A DNA stretch of 64,000 nt from Balanoglossus misakiensis (taxonomy: Eukaryota; Animalia; Hemichordata): assembly GCA_040954595.2 (NCBI GenBank), contig CM082588.2, positions 3,970,156 to 4,034,155 of the forward strand, read 5' to 3'. Each line of letters starts with the position of its first letter. Position 1 is the first letter of the stretch. Shown here piece by piece: positions 11,801-23,800 of this stretch. Both the position numbers and the translations under genes were made by a program. The notes under the pieces were generated by a model. The model made no database searches, was not told the DNA's origin, and saw only the letters and a program-made list of their open reading frames with translations.

Positions 11801-13181
11801 GATTGAATCGAGGCGCTGTGGCACCTTGGGACTCGCGCGCCGCGTCGCCGTTGATGAAGCCTAACCTTCCGATGCCGGGCGTTATTTTAGATTCAATAAC
11901 TATAGGATGACTTCGCGCCGCTTTTGAACAGCGACATGTCACGATGGAAGGATGCCTCAGCAGTTCGCCGTCGTTGCGAAATCCCCCCCCCCCCGCACCG
12001 ACACGACACATTCCCCGGTGATGAGGAAACTCATCTTTGAACAAACAAACACGGCCATTTGCTGTGACGCAACAGATCAGGGCCTACTACTGGCCATAGA
12101 TTTATTTGTCAATACACGTGATAAGATAGGTTCAATATCTGATATGACTATTACCCTGGTGAAACCTATAGTGAGAAATTAACCAGTGCGATAACTTAAC
12201 TAACTCAGAAACACAAGAACACAGATCTTAATAAGACAATGCGAATAATGATGTGTATATGTGATCTTCAAAGGAACTGACAATATTACGGTATATTATA
12301 GGACAAAGAAATCAATTTCCTCTGAATCTTTCAATAAAGATACAAATATGTGCATGTAAAGTATTGATACGTCGAACATTTAAAACAGTTTGCTTGTACT
12401 GTAAAATATGCAATCAGCTCGCCAGAATCATAAATAATGTATTCGCTACATGGTTACACCGTCTCGAAAAGAATATCGAGCATATTTCGACAACAAATCA
12501 TTTGAAAAAAAATATATTGTGAGAATTCTATAAAAAGCTTAATCGCTGGTAAAATCATTGTCCACTTTTATTCTTTGGGTCGTGAGATGGATATCCACGT
12601 TCAAATAGCACACAAGTCCATAATATTTAAAATCATCTTCTCTTCTGGTATAGACAGTCAACAAGGCCTGATCGCTTCAACTTTCCGCTCCCGATCTTTT
12701 CTCTAATTATAAACCTATTACTAATAACAAGACCCGAACAGGTAATTCATGGGTATTTAAAACTATATGTACTCTATAAGAAATTTGCTTAAAGTTGTTC
12801 AGGGGTATTGGCGATTTCAAAAATAATGGATTAAGATTATGTTTATATAACCCATGGTATTGTCTTCTTTTATTTGACACGTTTCTTTCGGATTTATAAG
12901 GGAAATGATCACCGTCAGGATTGTTTGTGTCTGTAAGTGTATTACGTTGCAGTAAGGCTTATAGGATATTATTATGCTACCCAACTTGACTTTGATAACT
13001 ATACCGTTGCTGTTCGAGGTACGGTGGGTGATCAGCGGAACTTATTTATTATGATTAGTGCAAAGTGGCGTCCAACAGTGCATTGAATGTTCAGCTGTGT
13101 ATTGATATGTAAAACTTCTTCCTACAGGTGGTTGCAGAGATGTGCTCTGCGAGACTATCTTTGGCAACAACAGGTGCGTAG

Positions 13182-14363
13182 TCAGACGGAGTACACCATG
13201 GACCGCTGCGTGGTTCGACTCATGGTCTGACTGTTGTGCGAGCAACGCAGCGAGGTGTGCTTGTAGAACCTGCGGTTGAACTCGTGCTTCCTGGCCTTGT
13301 GGTCGCAGCAGCAGAGGATGTATTTGTTGTAGTACGCCTTGAAGGTGTTACTGAGAAAGTAGAGAGCGAGCGGGTTGACGCACGAGTTCGAGTAGGCCAG
13401 TATGCAGCCGAAGCTCTTGAAGAACATCATGCCGTAGCTCTGCATGTACGTGGTGTCCTCGCTGAAAAACAGCATCATGTAGAATGTATGGTAGGGCAAC
13501 CAGCACACAAGGAATATCAGCACAAACACTAGGATTAGTTTGGCCAGGCGTTTCCTGGCGCGTAGCTGTTTTGTGTCGTTCCGCGAGTTCTCGCTGAGTA
13601 TACCCCGCGCGCTTTGGATCAGTCTGATGGCGATGAGGATGTAATAGACGCTGATGATACTCAGGGGGATTAAGTACAGGATGACGAACATGGCCGCCGT
13701 GTGGATTTGGATAACGGTTGGCATGGTCATCGGGATGGCCTGGCAGAAGTAGACGACGGTCCCGTCCGGGTAGGGGAATTCCAACAGCGAGCCCATGACG
13801 AAGGTCGGGATGCCGAGCGTCATGGAGACCAGCCAGATACCGATGGAGATGGTGTACGTTGTCCGCATCATGTTCGTGGCCTTCTTGTTGATCGGGTTGA
13901 CGATGGCGTGGTATCGGTCGGCGCTCAGCGCCGTCAGGGTGAACACGGACACCCCGGTGCTGGCCACTTGCACCCCGTTCATCACCTTGCACATGGCCAC
14001 GCCCAGCGGCCAGGAGGTGGTCATGTAGGTCAGCGCGTTGAACGGCACGAACACAAGCAAGAGCAGCAGGTCGCCGATCGCCAGGCTGGTGATGAATATG
14101 TTCGGCACGCTCCTCATGGTTGGGTTCATCAGCACAATGCGCACCAAGGTCCCGTTGCCAACGACACCGATGACGAAGATGACGGCGAACACGGCCGGGA
14201 TGACGACAGCTTCCGGTCCGAGCGTGGGCCGCGGGTACTGGAAGAAGGTATCATTCTGGTCCGAGGTATTCCACACGGCAGGTGCACTGGTATTCATCAT
14301 GTCCGAGACGGCTCTCGCAGCAACATTGTAAATCGCAGCGGTGTCCATCACATCCGTCTTCAT
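13182..14363 (-). CDS. Class A peptide GPCR of the bombesin (GRPR/NMBR/BRS3)/CCHamide receptor family, 393 aa, intronless CDS
   Basis: Seven hydrophobic helices with GNGTL (TM1), MRSVPNIFITSLAIGDLL (TM2), GVSVFTLTALSADRY (TM3, family-diagnostic), CWLPYH (TM6), NSCVNPLALYFLS (TM7) and a CCC palmitoylation cluster; N-glycosylation sequons in the N-terminus. First ATG is at 14363; the ORF-track start at 14408 is TTG with an in-frame stop just upstream. Confidence 0.93.
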   Translation of the reverse strand: MKTDVMDTAAIYNVAARAVSDMMNTSAPAVWNTSDQNDTFFQYPRPTLGPEAVVIPAVFAVIFVIGVVGNGTLVRIVLMNPTMRSVPNIFITSLAIGDLLLLLVFVPFNALTYMTTSWPLGVAMCKVMNGVQVASTGVSVFTLTALSADRYHAIVNPINKKATNMMRTTYTISIGIWLVSMTLGIPTFVMGSLLEFPYPDGTVVYFCQAIPMTMPTVIQIHTAAMFVILYLIPLSIISVYYILIAIRLIQSARGILSENSRNDTKQLRARKRLAKLILVFVLIFLVCWLPYHTFYMMLFFSEDTTYMQSYGMMFFKSFGCILAYSNSCVNPLALYFLSNTFKAYYNKYILCCCDHKARKHEFNRRFYKHTSLRCSHNSQTMSRTTQRSMVYSV

Positions 14364-14634
14364 AATCCGAACTTGTTGCACGCTGCTGCCGCTGAGGTTT
14401 CCTGCCAATGTTTCCAGTGTTCAAATTTTCCAGTCCACCTGGGCGAAGTCTCGTGGACGGACTTACAGATCTGATCCCAAGCGCGCTATGTCGCCGAGGA
14501 GATGCGAGGGTGAGTAATTATAGGCTTGGTGACGTCACTATTACGTAGATGATTCACGTGTCGGTTCAGCGGAACTCACCGCGATTATATTATCCGTGTC
14601 TTCGAAGTATATACGCTTCTGAAGTAAAAAAAAA
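14364..14634 (-). other. 5' UTR part of the GPCR coding exon and its splice acceptor
   Basis: Strong acceptor on - strand (poly-T tract then acttcag|, AG at 14620-14619). The 255 nt from there to the ATG contain no ATG. This implies one or more upstream non-coding exons. Confidence 0.6.
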
Positions 14635-17600
14635 GAGCACATTAGATTATCATAACCTACCTATTTACGTAGAAATTTGTAGAGATAAAACTCAAAGCAT
14701 TTGAAATCGTTTGTGAAAAACACGCCATGATGGAAACGGAAGCCCAGACGCGACGATGCGCCAGTTGTTTACCTGGTTAAACATAGATCTGGGGCTAGCG
14801 CCACAAATAGTAACGTTTTCTCATCAGAGGCCGAACGAAGTACAAATTGCGGGTCCACAATGACGAGCACAGAGAAGGAGAAATGAATAAATTAAAGGGA
14901 GAGATTAGGATGAAATGAAGCTTTTCTTCGCGATGAACGCGATGCCGTGATACATATCATGTAGTTGTTGTTTTTTTCTTCTTCAGATCCGTAGGTTGAA
15001 TATGATACCATAAATATTTAACGGGATCTTTGTCCGTTATCGCAAAACTGTTCATATATTCACCAAAACATCCGCGCATATCGGGAATTCGTTGGCAAAA
15101 CCCGCGGCGTTTTTTTCGTGGTGATTGAGGAAATTATACTTTCAGACCTACGGGCGGAATTAACGACATTTGCCTTCTAACATAGTTATACGGGCAAAGC
15201 AGGTCATCCTATATTTCCCACATCATAACAGACTTCAAAAGAAGTCGCCCGACCTTTCTCACCCCGGGGGTCAGCGACAAGAACTGAGAACATGATAAGA
15301 AATTTGAAATGATGGAAAGTAGATAGCAAACGTATCGGTGTATTTTATTAGATTCAGCGTAATGCAATTCCATGCACAGAAAGCACCATTATGCGACAAT
15401 GAAAACACCCGACTTGTTCCGGGTATGTATGTGATATCAAGCAGGCGACAGAAACGGTTAACCATTCACCTATCCTCCCACGGACCAGTGCGCAATACTC
15501 TTACCGCACCGGTATGCATCAGACTACTTAAACACATAAAAATGAAAATTAAACTGTCAAATCAAAGAAAAGGAGTTTTAACACAAGGACTGCGTTTATT
15601 TCCAAATCTAACATTTATCATCTCTTGTCTATCCGTGATATGGTATCAACACACGCTTAAACTCATGATGGAACCAATACTCGCTTTAATTAACACCTAT
15701 AGGGCCTACACGTTTCAATTTATGATATGTAAACCAACTAAAAATAAAACTAATCAATTTGGCCAGTTTGATACACATACATCATTCTATTTTTTACTTT
15801 CATTTTTAATACTGTTGAAATGCATCTAACATAAATATTACAAACCTTGCAAACCGATGATGTACATGTATATCATCGGTTTGTTTCAACAGACGCGTGT
15901 GAATGTTCACTTAATGTGCCTGGAAGGATCATTAGTAAGAGTAATATTAAACAAACAAACACACACAAACAACAAACAATCAAATGTTTCAATGCAGGTG
16001 ATGTATACCATCACGTGTCTTCAATGTAGGATCCCAGATGTGTTCACTTATGCAGACGTTTCTACAATATGCAAATTATAGCTACCATGTGTCGTAGAAG
16101 TGTTGTTCGACATGCGTCTTTAATCAACTTTTGTACAGTAATTCTGCATACACGTATTTAATTTCATGCTTAGATGATTAACATTTTTTTCTGCGAGTTT
16201 CGCTAAAACGTCAATTTCTTCTTTTATCACACGCAACAGGTTATCGCCCAAGTTTTGCTGAGAGACGACCTGTATACGCGTGCGCAAGGTGGACGATGAC
16301 GTCAATCCGATATCAAGTCTCTGGAGTTTATGGTTATCCGGATCTGGTAAGCTCCCTATATGTTTTACAGATTGTGTGAAACAATGATTAATAAGAACCT
16401 ATAACAACATGGTGACATTCCTGTCGTCAACCAGGAAGTCCAGTCTAGTCAGTAGCCAATCAGTGTATTAGAGAAACTGTGAGTCAATCTTCTTTGCTTG
16501 GGCATGTAATCCCATTTTAACGATACGAATGTCATCCCCTCGTACAATTGATACAACAGTTAGACACAGCACTGCTTGAAACAGACATCGGACTTTATCG
16601 TCCACCCCTTACGTACGCCAGGTACCATCCATGCATTACACCACAGGGCCCCTTATACGACACGACCCAAGTCAGATTAACAAAAAACCCTAATAATGCG
16701 AAGCCATGACCCGATGATAACTATACCATTCGGAGAAAAATGAAACAAGCGAAGACCCGCTGGTTATCATTGGTGCCAAATTGATTTGCTCAGCCAAGAC
16801 TCCAAATCGATCTTCGTTACTCCCCCGGATAGTCATATGGCATCTCCAAATTCCAAGAAAAGGACAAAAAGGGAAAACGCGGTGGCGGCGAACGAATGAC
16901 GCGAAAACTAATTGATATCGGCCCGCAGCCGCAGCTGCAGAGAGGAACTTATTTACAGGGAGAGAAAAAAATTAGAATCAATAACACCTCCAGACAGGAA
17001 CAAGTGGATCGAACGCAGCGTTGAACCATCTATACGCTCGCGGTGATCTTCTTTAAAGTTTGTACCCCAGATTGGTCAATATTACTCATGCTACGGTAGT
17101 GCTAGCTATAGCTTCCAGGCATATTAAGTGCACATCCACGTCTGTGCACTGAAAACAAGCCGAAAACACGCCTTCTCCGAGTAATTGGCAACAGAAACGT
17201 CAACCTCTGTCAAGAAAACGTTATCCACTGAGCACAAACGATGAACTTTGACCCCTTTAGAACTGATCGCTAGTCCAAGTTCTCGGAAAAGAGGAAAAAA
17301 AATAATGACCAAAAGTTAATAAAACACACCCCGAGATCCAGAGTATGCACGTTCTTCGTTTCGTAATGATATAATTACTCCTTTTTCATGAAAACACAAG
17401 TTGCGGAAATGCAAAGTTCTTTGTGGGGATGAAAACCAACTCGTGTATTCTGTTCAGTTTACCGAACCGAGTGTACACTTTTGTGAAGTTAAACGTTGCC
17501 CCGGGTCACAACCGTGTCTCCGTTCCTATTAATTTTAAAATCGACTTTTACTTCTAGTATCACGTGACAGTGTATTTAATTCGGGCAAATCGTATAGCCT

Positions 17601-20600
17601 GCAGGAGTCGGAGTGTGCTTTCTTCCATATTAATGCAACTCGTGTTTATCCATCACGGGCGCTCCGATCCTAGAAGGGTCGATGTGCTGTTTGATACGCC
17701 GAAGCGAGGCTTGTTGATAAGGAAGGAGGCCTTGGTTGCCATGGAATCATGGGCTGAAACCATCCCAAAATCGACTAGAGATATCGCGCTTCCAACTTCG
17801 ATCTTCAAAACCCTGGCAATAATAGATGGCGAAAAGCACACCATCAAACAATCTCCTCATGACAGCATGGGGATTAACAAAGATTTCATTTCAAATTTAT
17901 TTGGTCAGTTTTGTTGATCACGAGCTGTTGGAATTGAAATTACTATTCCAGACTCTTACGGAAATATCGTTATATACTATTAATCCATTTTATGAACTTA
18001 CGGCGACGAAATTAAATTTCTAATTAAATGTAAAGTTCATAATTCTAATCAGTAATTTGTGAGACTTCTTCCTAAACAATTATCAGCGTTTCAGTGATTT
18101 TCCTTACATGATGAGTCTCCCAACTAATCTCGATAAGTTAGACTGACAAACAGTTGCTTCAGATAAAATCATAATTGAAACACGACGACTATCCCCATAT
18201 ACATCACGATTTTGGTTGAGTGAAGGTTACAGTCAGACAACCCATAAGTTGGTTAATTGGTCGGAAATATACATAATTGGAGGAAAGTGTTCTTTTCACT
18301 TATCCACCCGTACTGACTAACGTGATGTAGACTAAATTTCGCATTGAAGCACTTTTCGAAGAAGTAGAATTTTACACACTCCAGCTTGTCATCATTATGA
18401 AATGATATTCGGCGCTTTCGTAAATGCCCACTAGTTATAGCATGAGTAGAAAGCAGTGACGTCAGCATTAGTCTAAATAATGGCATAAGTACGGGAACAC
18501 GAGAAAAGAGTAAAGAAACGGGTTCTTCAGCTGATGTAATCACAGACAGACAGGTCAGAACACTTCTCGGAAAGGCACGACTGATTCCCTTCTCCTTCAG
18601 TATTGATCAATGCTTCCGTGACATTCTATAAATGGCGAGAGGAATGCGACTCGGGGTGAATTGTAAAATGTTCATTACTGGCGTAATTGCTCTAACCATG
18701 CACACAGCTCTAACCAAGCACACAGCTGAATGCTCAGACTTTCCTCTTGTGCCTATCAATTTGGCGTAAGATCCTTGAGAGGAAATAAAATTAATTACAG
18801 TTGGAGGGGAAAAAATCAGCTGGTAACCCATAACAATCGATTATAATGCTTGGCTAAGATTGGCCGTGAAATCGATACTGATGCCGTAAACAGCTGCAGA
18901 ATAAAATGGAACAGGTTAACTTTTGCCGCTAACATATCTGCGCTTAAATATTGCTTTAAATATTTAGTACCAAACCGGGAACATTAACAAAATAATCAGT
19001 TCTAAGAAAATCACATTCATACTTGGTGATATCTTTTAGTAAAACCGATGACCCTACCAAAACACCGGCCCCTAGACAGGTAAAATTACCGGTCCCTGAA
19101 GATTTTGATCGTCTTATAGACACCGAAGACGGAAAGGTAATTCAAGAGCATATATTCTGGCTTTGCATATGTCGCAGATTATGTCTGAGATTATAGGAAA
19201 TAACTGTAGTACGCTTCTTTCCAGTTAAGCCTGTTTGTGCGTTTCGCTTCGCGGCCACAATGGCAACTTTCTTAATATCAATAATGCAGACGCCATGATA
19301 TTACGTAAACCCGCTTAGCGAAAATCGCGGTGACAAACGATATTCAGCAATGCTTATAGCTTATAAACTATGTATGTACGTACGTATGTATGGATGTATA
19401 CGAAGTATGCGGTTCGACTGGTCCGATACAAAGTGTTCAATACAAAAGCCTATTTTGCAAACAATGCCACTCGCCCACACCTATGAAACCACCGATTGCA
19501 GTAGGCCTACTATCTGTAACCATGCCCGGCCAATTTGACAAGCCAATGACAGTTTCCCAATTTCGACAAGCAAAAAAGAACCAAGGGCACTATAGCCACA
19601 GTTAGCAGATGTGTCTGATTAATTAGTTGCTACTATATGTGCACTTCGATGGCTTAATGTAATTAGCATTACATAGATTGTACACGTATCCATAGTGACT
19701 GCACTTAGTGCTATGAAACAATGCGGGAAATAATGAATTGTATAGAAAAAAACACATAAAATATTAATCTTTCCCAGAAGGTATATAATAGTTGTTGACT
19801 GATAAAAGATATCTCACGTGATTCCTCTAGTGTGATGACGTAGTATAGAATTACATTTTACTCTTTCCGAGTCCGCCATGAAAAGAGTGAACAATCGTAT
19901 TCTCCTCTCTATGGCTATATAGAGTAGAGAAGAAGCTCACTGCGCATGCACAAGTTCCCATCAGACAAAATCAACTGTGGCAAGGAGGGCCACTGGTCGG
20001 TCCTCCTCAGCCAACTCAAACAAGCCCAAGGATCCACTTTCTGAGCACTGCCGCTGGTTATTTTTCTCCCGCTGTCAGTGAATTAGTACATTTTACGACT
20101 GTTGGCAAAATTTGAGGGGGAACTTGAGGGATACTGAACACGCGCGATATGACTATTTTGAAGTACACTCCAGTCATATCACAGCCTAGCCACGTGTCCT
20201 TTACTCTCGAAAACGCCGATCAGTATCATCCAGCGATGCAGTTTCCGCTTACAGTGGCAAAAGTGTACCTATTTTACCCACTCTAATTTATTTAAGCATC
20301 TTAACTTATTTTATAGTAGCTTCAGCTCCCTCTACAAGTTGAATACTCTCCGCTCTGCCCTATTTTTGTCACTTGCTGTTGTATTCTCTCGCCCGACTGA
20401 AGTTTTTCGCCACAATTGTGATGCAGTTCCCTTTATCCGTCATAATTAATATATTTATGATCCGTCATAATTAATTTGAGATCCCAGAGGAAGATTTTCT
20501 CTGTAGGATCGAAAAGTTGGAAGGTTTTATTTATGAATACAGCTGAAACCTGAAACTTGCCATTGTCGTCAAACCTCAAAAGAAATATTCGGATCCATGG

Positions 20601-20680
20601 ATGTTCTCTTTAATTTTTAATATATTTATGATCACAAGGATCATGTTATAATTTGCACGCCTTAGGATAGGATACTTCTG

Positions 20681-20885
20681 CTGTTCTGTGCTGTGTTGTA
20701 CTGTGCTGTGCTGCACTGCACTGCACTGCACTGCACTGTACTGTACTGTACTGTACTGTACTGTACTGTACTGTACTGTACTGTACTGTACTGTACTGTA
20801 CTGTACTGTACTGTACTGTACTGTACTGTACTGTACTGTACTGTACTGTACTGTACTGTACTGTACTGTACTGTACTGTACTGCA
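20681..20885. repeat. (CTGTA)n pentanucleotide microsatellite with CTGCA/CTGTG variants at the left end
   Basis: About 40 pentamer units, directly visible. Confidence 0.97.
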
Positions 20886-23800
20886 ACACAGAGGACATAA
20901 CTTACCGTAGAAAAGCTCAACATGAGAGGATATGGTCGCAGGTTACGACTGCTTTCGTTTCACTGGTGCCGTCATAAAGCTGTATATTATACATTTTTCA
21001 ATTAAGCTTCTGCGTATGTGTGACGACCATTCTTAGTGACAGTTAACGATTTCTCGTACGGGACCTGGCATATTTATTCACCTCGTTCATTTTAGAGATT
21101 TTATTGGTGAAAGTACGCCATAAAGTTGTGATTTACGGCAAATTCCCTTGTGAACTGAATATCTTTTCACATAAGCGTCGACCATGTTTCGTTAGGGATA
21201 TTGTCAAAATACCTTCGGCGTCCAATAAAAATATTTCAGTCTTCCCACTATATGACTAAACAGGACCATCGTCAATGTACGTGGTCCGAATCAATGGCGG
21301 AAGCATTTGGATTTGTCTCTCAGGGCCAACGTTCAGCAGTGACCAATAAATCGATTTTCAAGATGGCCGAACTCTTTGATTTAAGTGGATATCTGCAATA
21401 GTGATGTGTGATGAAACAGGACATCCCACAATGCAACTTGTTAACTTATTTCACGTAATTCGTTTTTTATTATAATTCAATCTTGTGGTTCACGTGGTAT
21501 GTCATTGAAATGGTAATTAAGCAGGGATGGAGATGATCAGTCATAATTCTAGAGCAACAAATCATTTCTAGATTCGAATTTAATTGTGAATCCTTTTGTT
21601 GTTAGTCTTTGCCTATTGTTCGTTGACTTTGGGCGCGCGCTTGAATAAAATACGACATGGGAAAGTTAGTCATGCATTCGCAATTAGGAGAGCGAAAAAT
21701 CGTTGTAAAATGACCGTTGCATTAAAATGAGCCTCCTCTATAAAGACTGGCATACTTCATTGGGAAACACAGATTGTTACGCCGTATTGTATGTATTCTC
21801 TAACTGCCATTTTGAAAACTCGAACGGAATATTCATAATGACCTGTCGGGCGCTCGTTCACATTAAAAAAACCATTAACGATATATTTTACCATATTTGC
21901 TGTAATTCATTGCCATACGCGTTCCACACACATGAGAAATACATGAGGAGCTTATGTTAGGCGATTCAGCCCGCTGGTACTAAAATTGCAATATCATGGT
22001 TGCAGGCAAATTTGCATATCCCCTTTAATGTTGCAGGCGGTTCCTACATGTACGTGTGTTATTTATAAGTGATTTTGAGGTCTACAGTATCCTGATGAAA
22101 ACAGAGACCGCATACAATATATTTCACCTGTTACATTCTGAGCCATTCGGTCATCATTTTGTCTACGTTTGCGCGAGTGCAACTTCGCGCATCAGATAAG
22201 CGCGCGTATTGTATAGACGCACTTATCGGGAAAGACAGATCATTAAATGACTTTCCCTGATGAGCAAGATCTCGCGCATTATTGCAATGGAAATGCCTCG
22301 CTGCACCATTAGGCTTGCGGGGATTTAGCGACAAAGGCAGGTCACGATCTGGGATAAAAACGATTTATGTTTAGGCTTGAAGTTACTAAGACAATGCTAA
22401 ACACAAACAGACATAGGTGGGTGGGATTTTGGCCAGCCTTTGTCACCAAAAACCTCGCTGAAAAAATATCACGTTTCTGATGTTCAAAGTGCCGTATGTT
22501 TGATTCGCTGAACAAGTGTAGTTTTCAAGGCAGACACCGTTAACGGTATTGCTCTTCACGCTGCACGTACCGGAAAATTCAAAGTGTATATAGCGTCGGT
22601 TCAGAGAGACAACGAGTACAATATACAAACCTGGATGACCGATCGCGTTGTCGACGGACGCACTTGTAGCTTGTTCTCGTCCCCACGTTTTCCCTACCAC
22701 TTGGCTGTAATGCTCACGGGTCCAGCTTACCGGGCACCTCTCGGCTATCTGCCAACAGTCCCCGTCTATGCGTGTACTCGCACACCACGAGAGGTGGGAT
22801 GACGGCAGGAGTGAGAGCTGACTTACTGATGTTGCTCGCCGACTGCGCACGCTACTTCAGGCGGCAAACTCCACCTGTCAGCGTTCACTGCCCCTTCGAC
22901 GTCACTGCAATGACAAACGACATTTTAAGATGATAGGCTGGCTAACCACTCGTAAATTACGCGTTGGTTTTTGTCCAGTTAAACCGCCCTGGGGAAAGTG
23001 ACTGAGCGCCTTGATTTCGCTTTGACGCTTTTCCTCGACGCGTGATGCAAATGTCAACGGTTCTCCTTGGTATTTATCGCTTTCATTAAAGCCACACATC
23101 CAACCTCCAATAGAAAGATAGCAATCATCTGTTTTGACTTGGGGCGCGGTGTTGCCACGGCAACGGGGCAATGGCCTATCTCGAGCATATTCTGCGCAGG
23201 GTTAAGACTTCTTCGCTAATGCTACTACAACCACTGGTCGCAAATGTACAGTTAAATCATTTTGTTGTTGCCATAAACTAAAATTAGTGCTTTGACCGAT
23301 GATGTGCAAATGAGAACAAATAGTTCCCGTTGACGGGTTGGTCTCCATCCACCCATCTCATCCAACCAACCAACCAACCAACCACTCACCATGTGATCAA
23401 TACTAAAATGAAAACATTAACCACGACGGGCCACTTTCCATGCAACACACTTAAATGATTGTCCCTCTGGTATTATAGAGTCCAAAATATTCATGTCCTC
23501 AGTGATGGCGAGATTAGACAATAGGCTATACCTCGCGCCTTCTCTAGCCGATGCCAAGAAAGTCATGTCACTAGTGGCCTTGGTGACACACTTAGCCACC
23601 CAACAAGAATACATTGACCACGCTAACTACCATAAGAAATACATTTAATCGAGGAATTGCTGCACTGCCTTGTAAATACGACGTGGCAACAATTCCCAAT
23701 GATGTTTTATGCCCTCCCGTCTCCCATTTACACATGTAGTGGACTTGTCTGGAAATCAAAACAACAGTACGTGTTTTGAATAATGGAATTAAAAGTCCAA

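Noticed and set aside
13236-14474. Several long antisense and alternate-frame ORFs overlapping the GPCR
   Set aside because: Expected by-product of GC3-rich codon usage; no domain signatures.
20576-20977. STVQY / LYCTV repeat ORFs
   Set aside because: Translations of the (CTGTA)n microsatellite.
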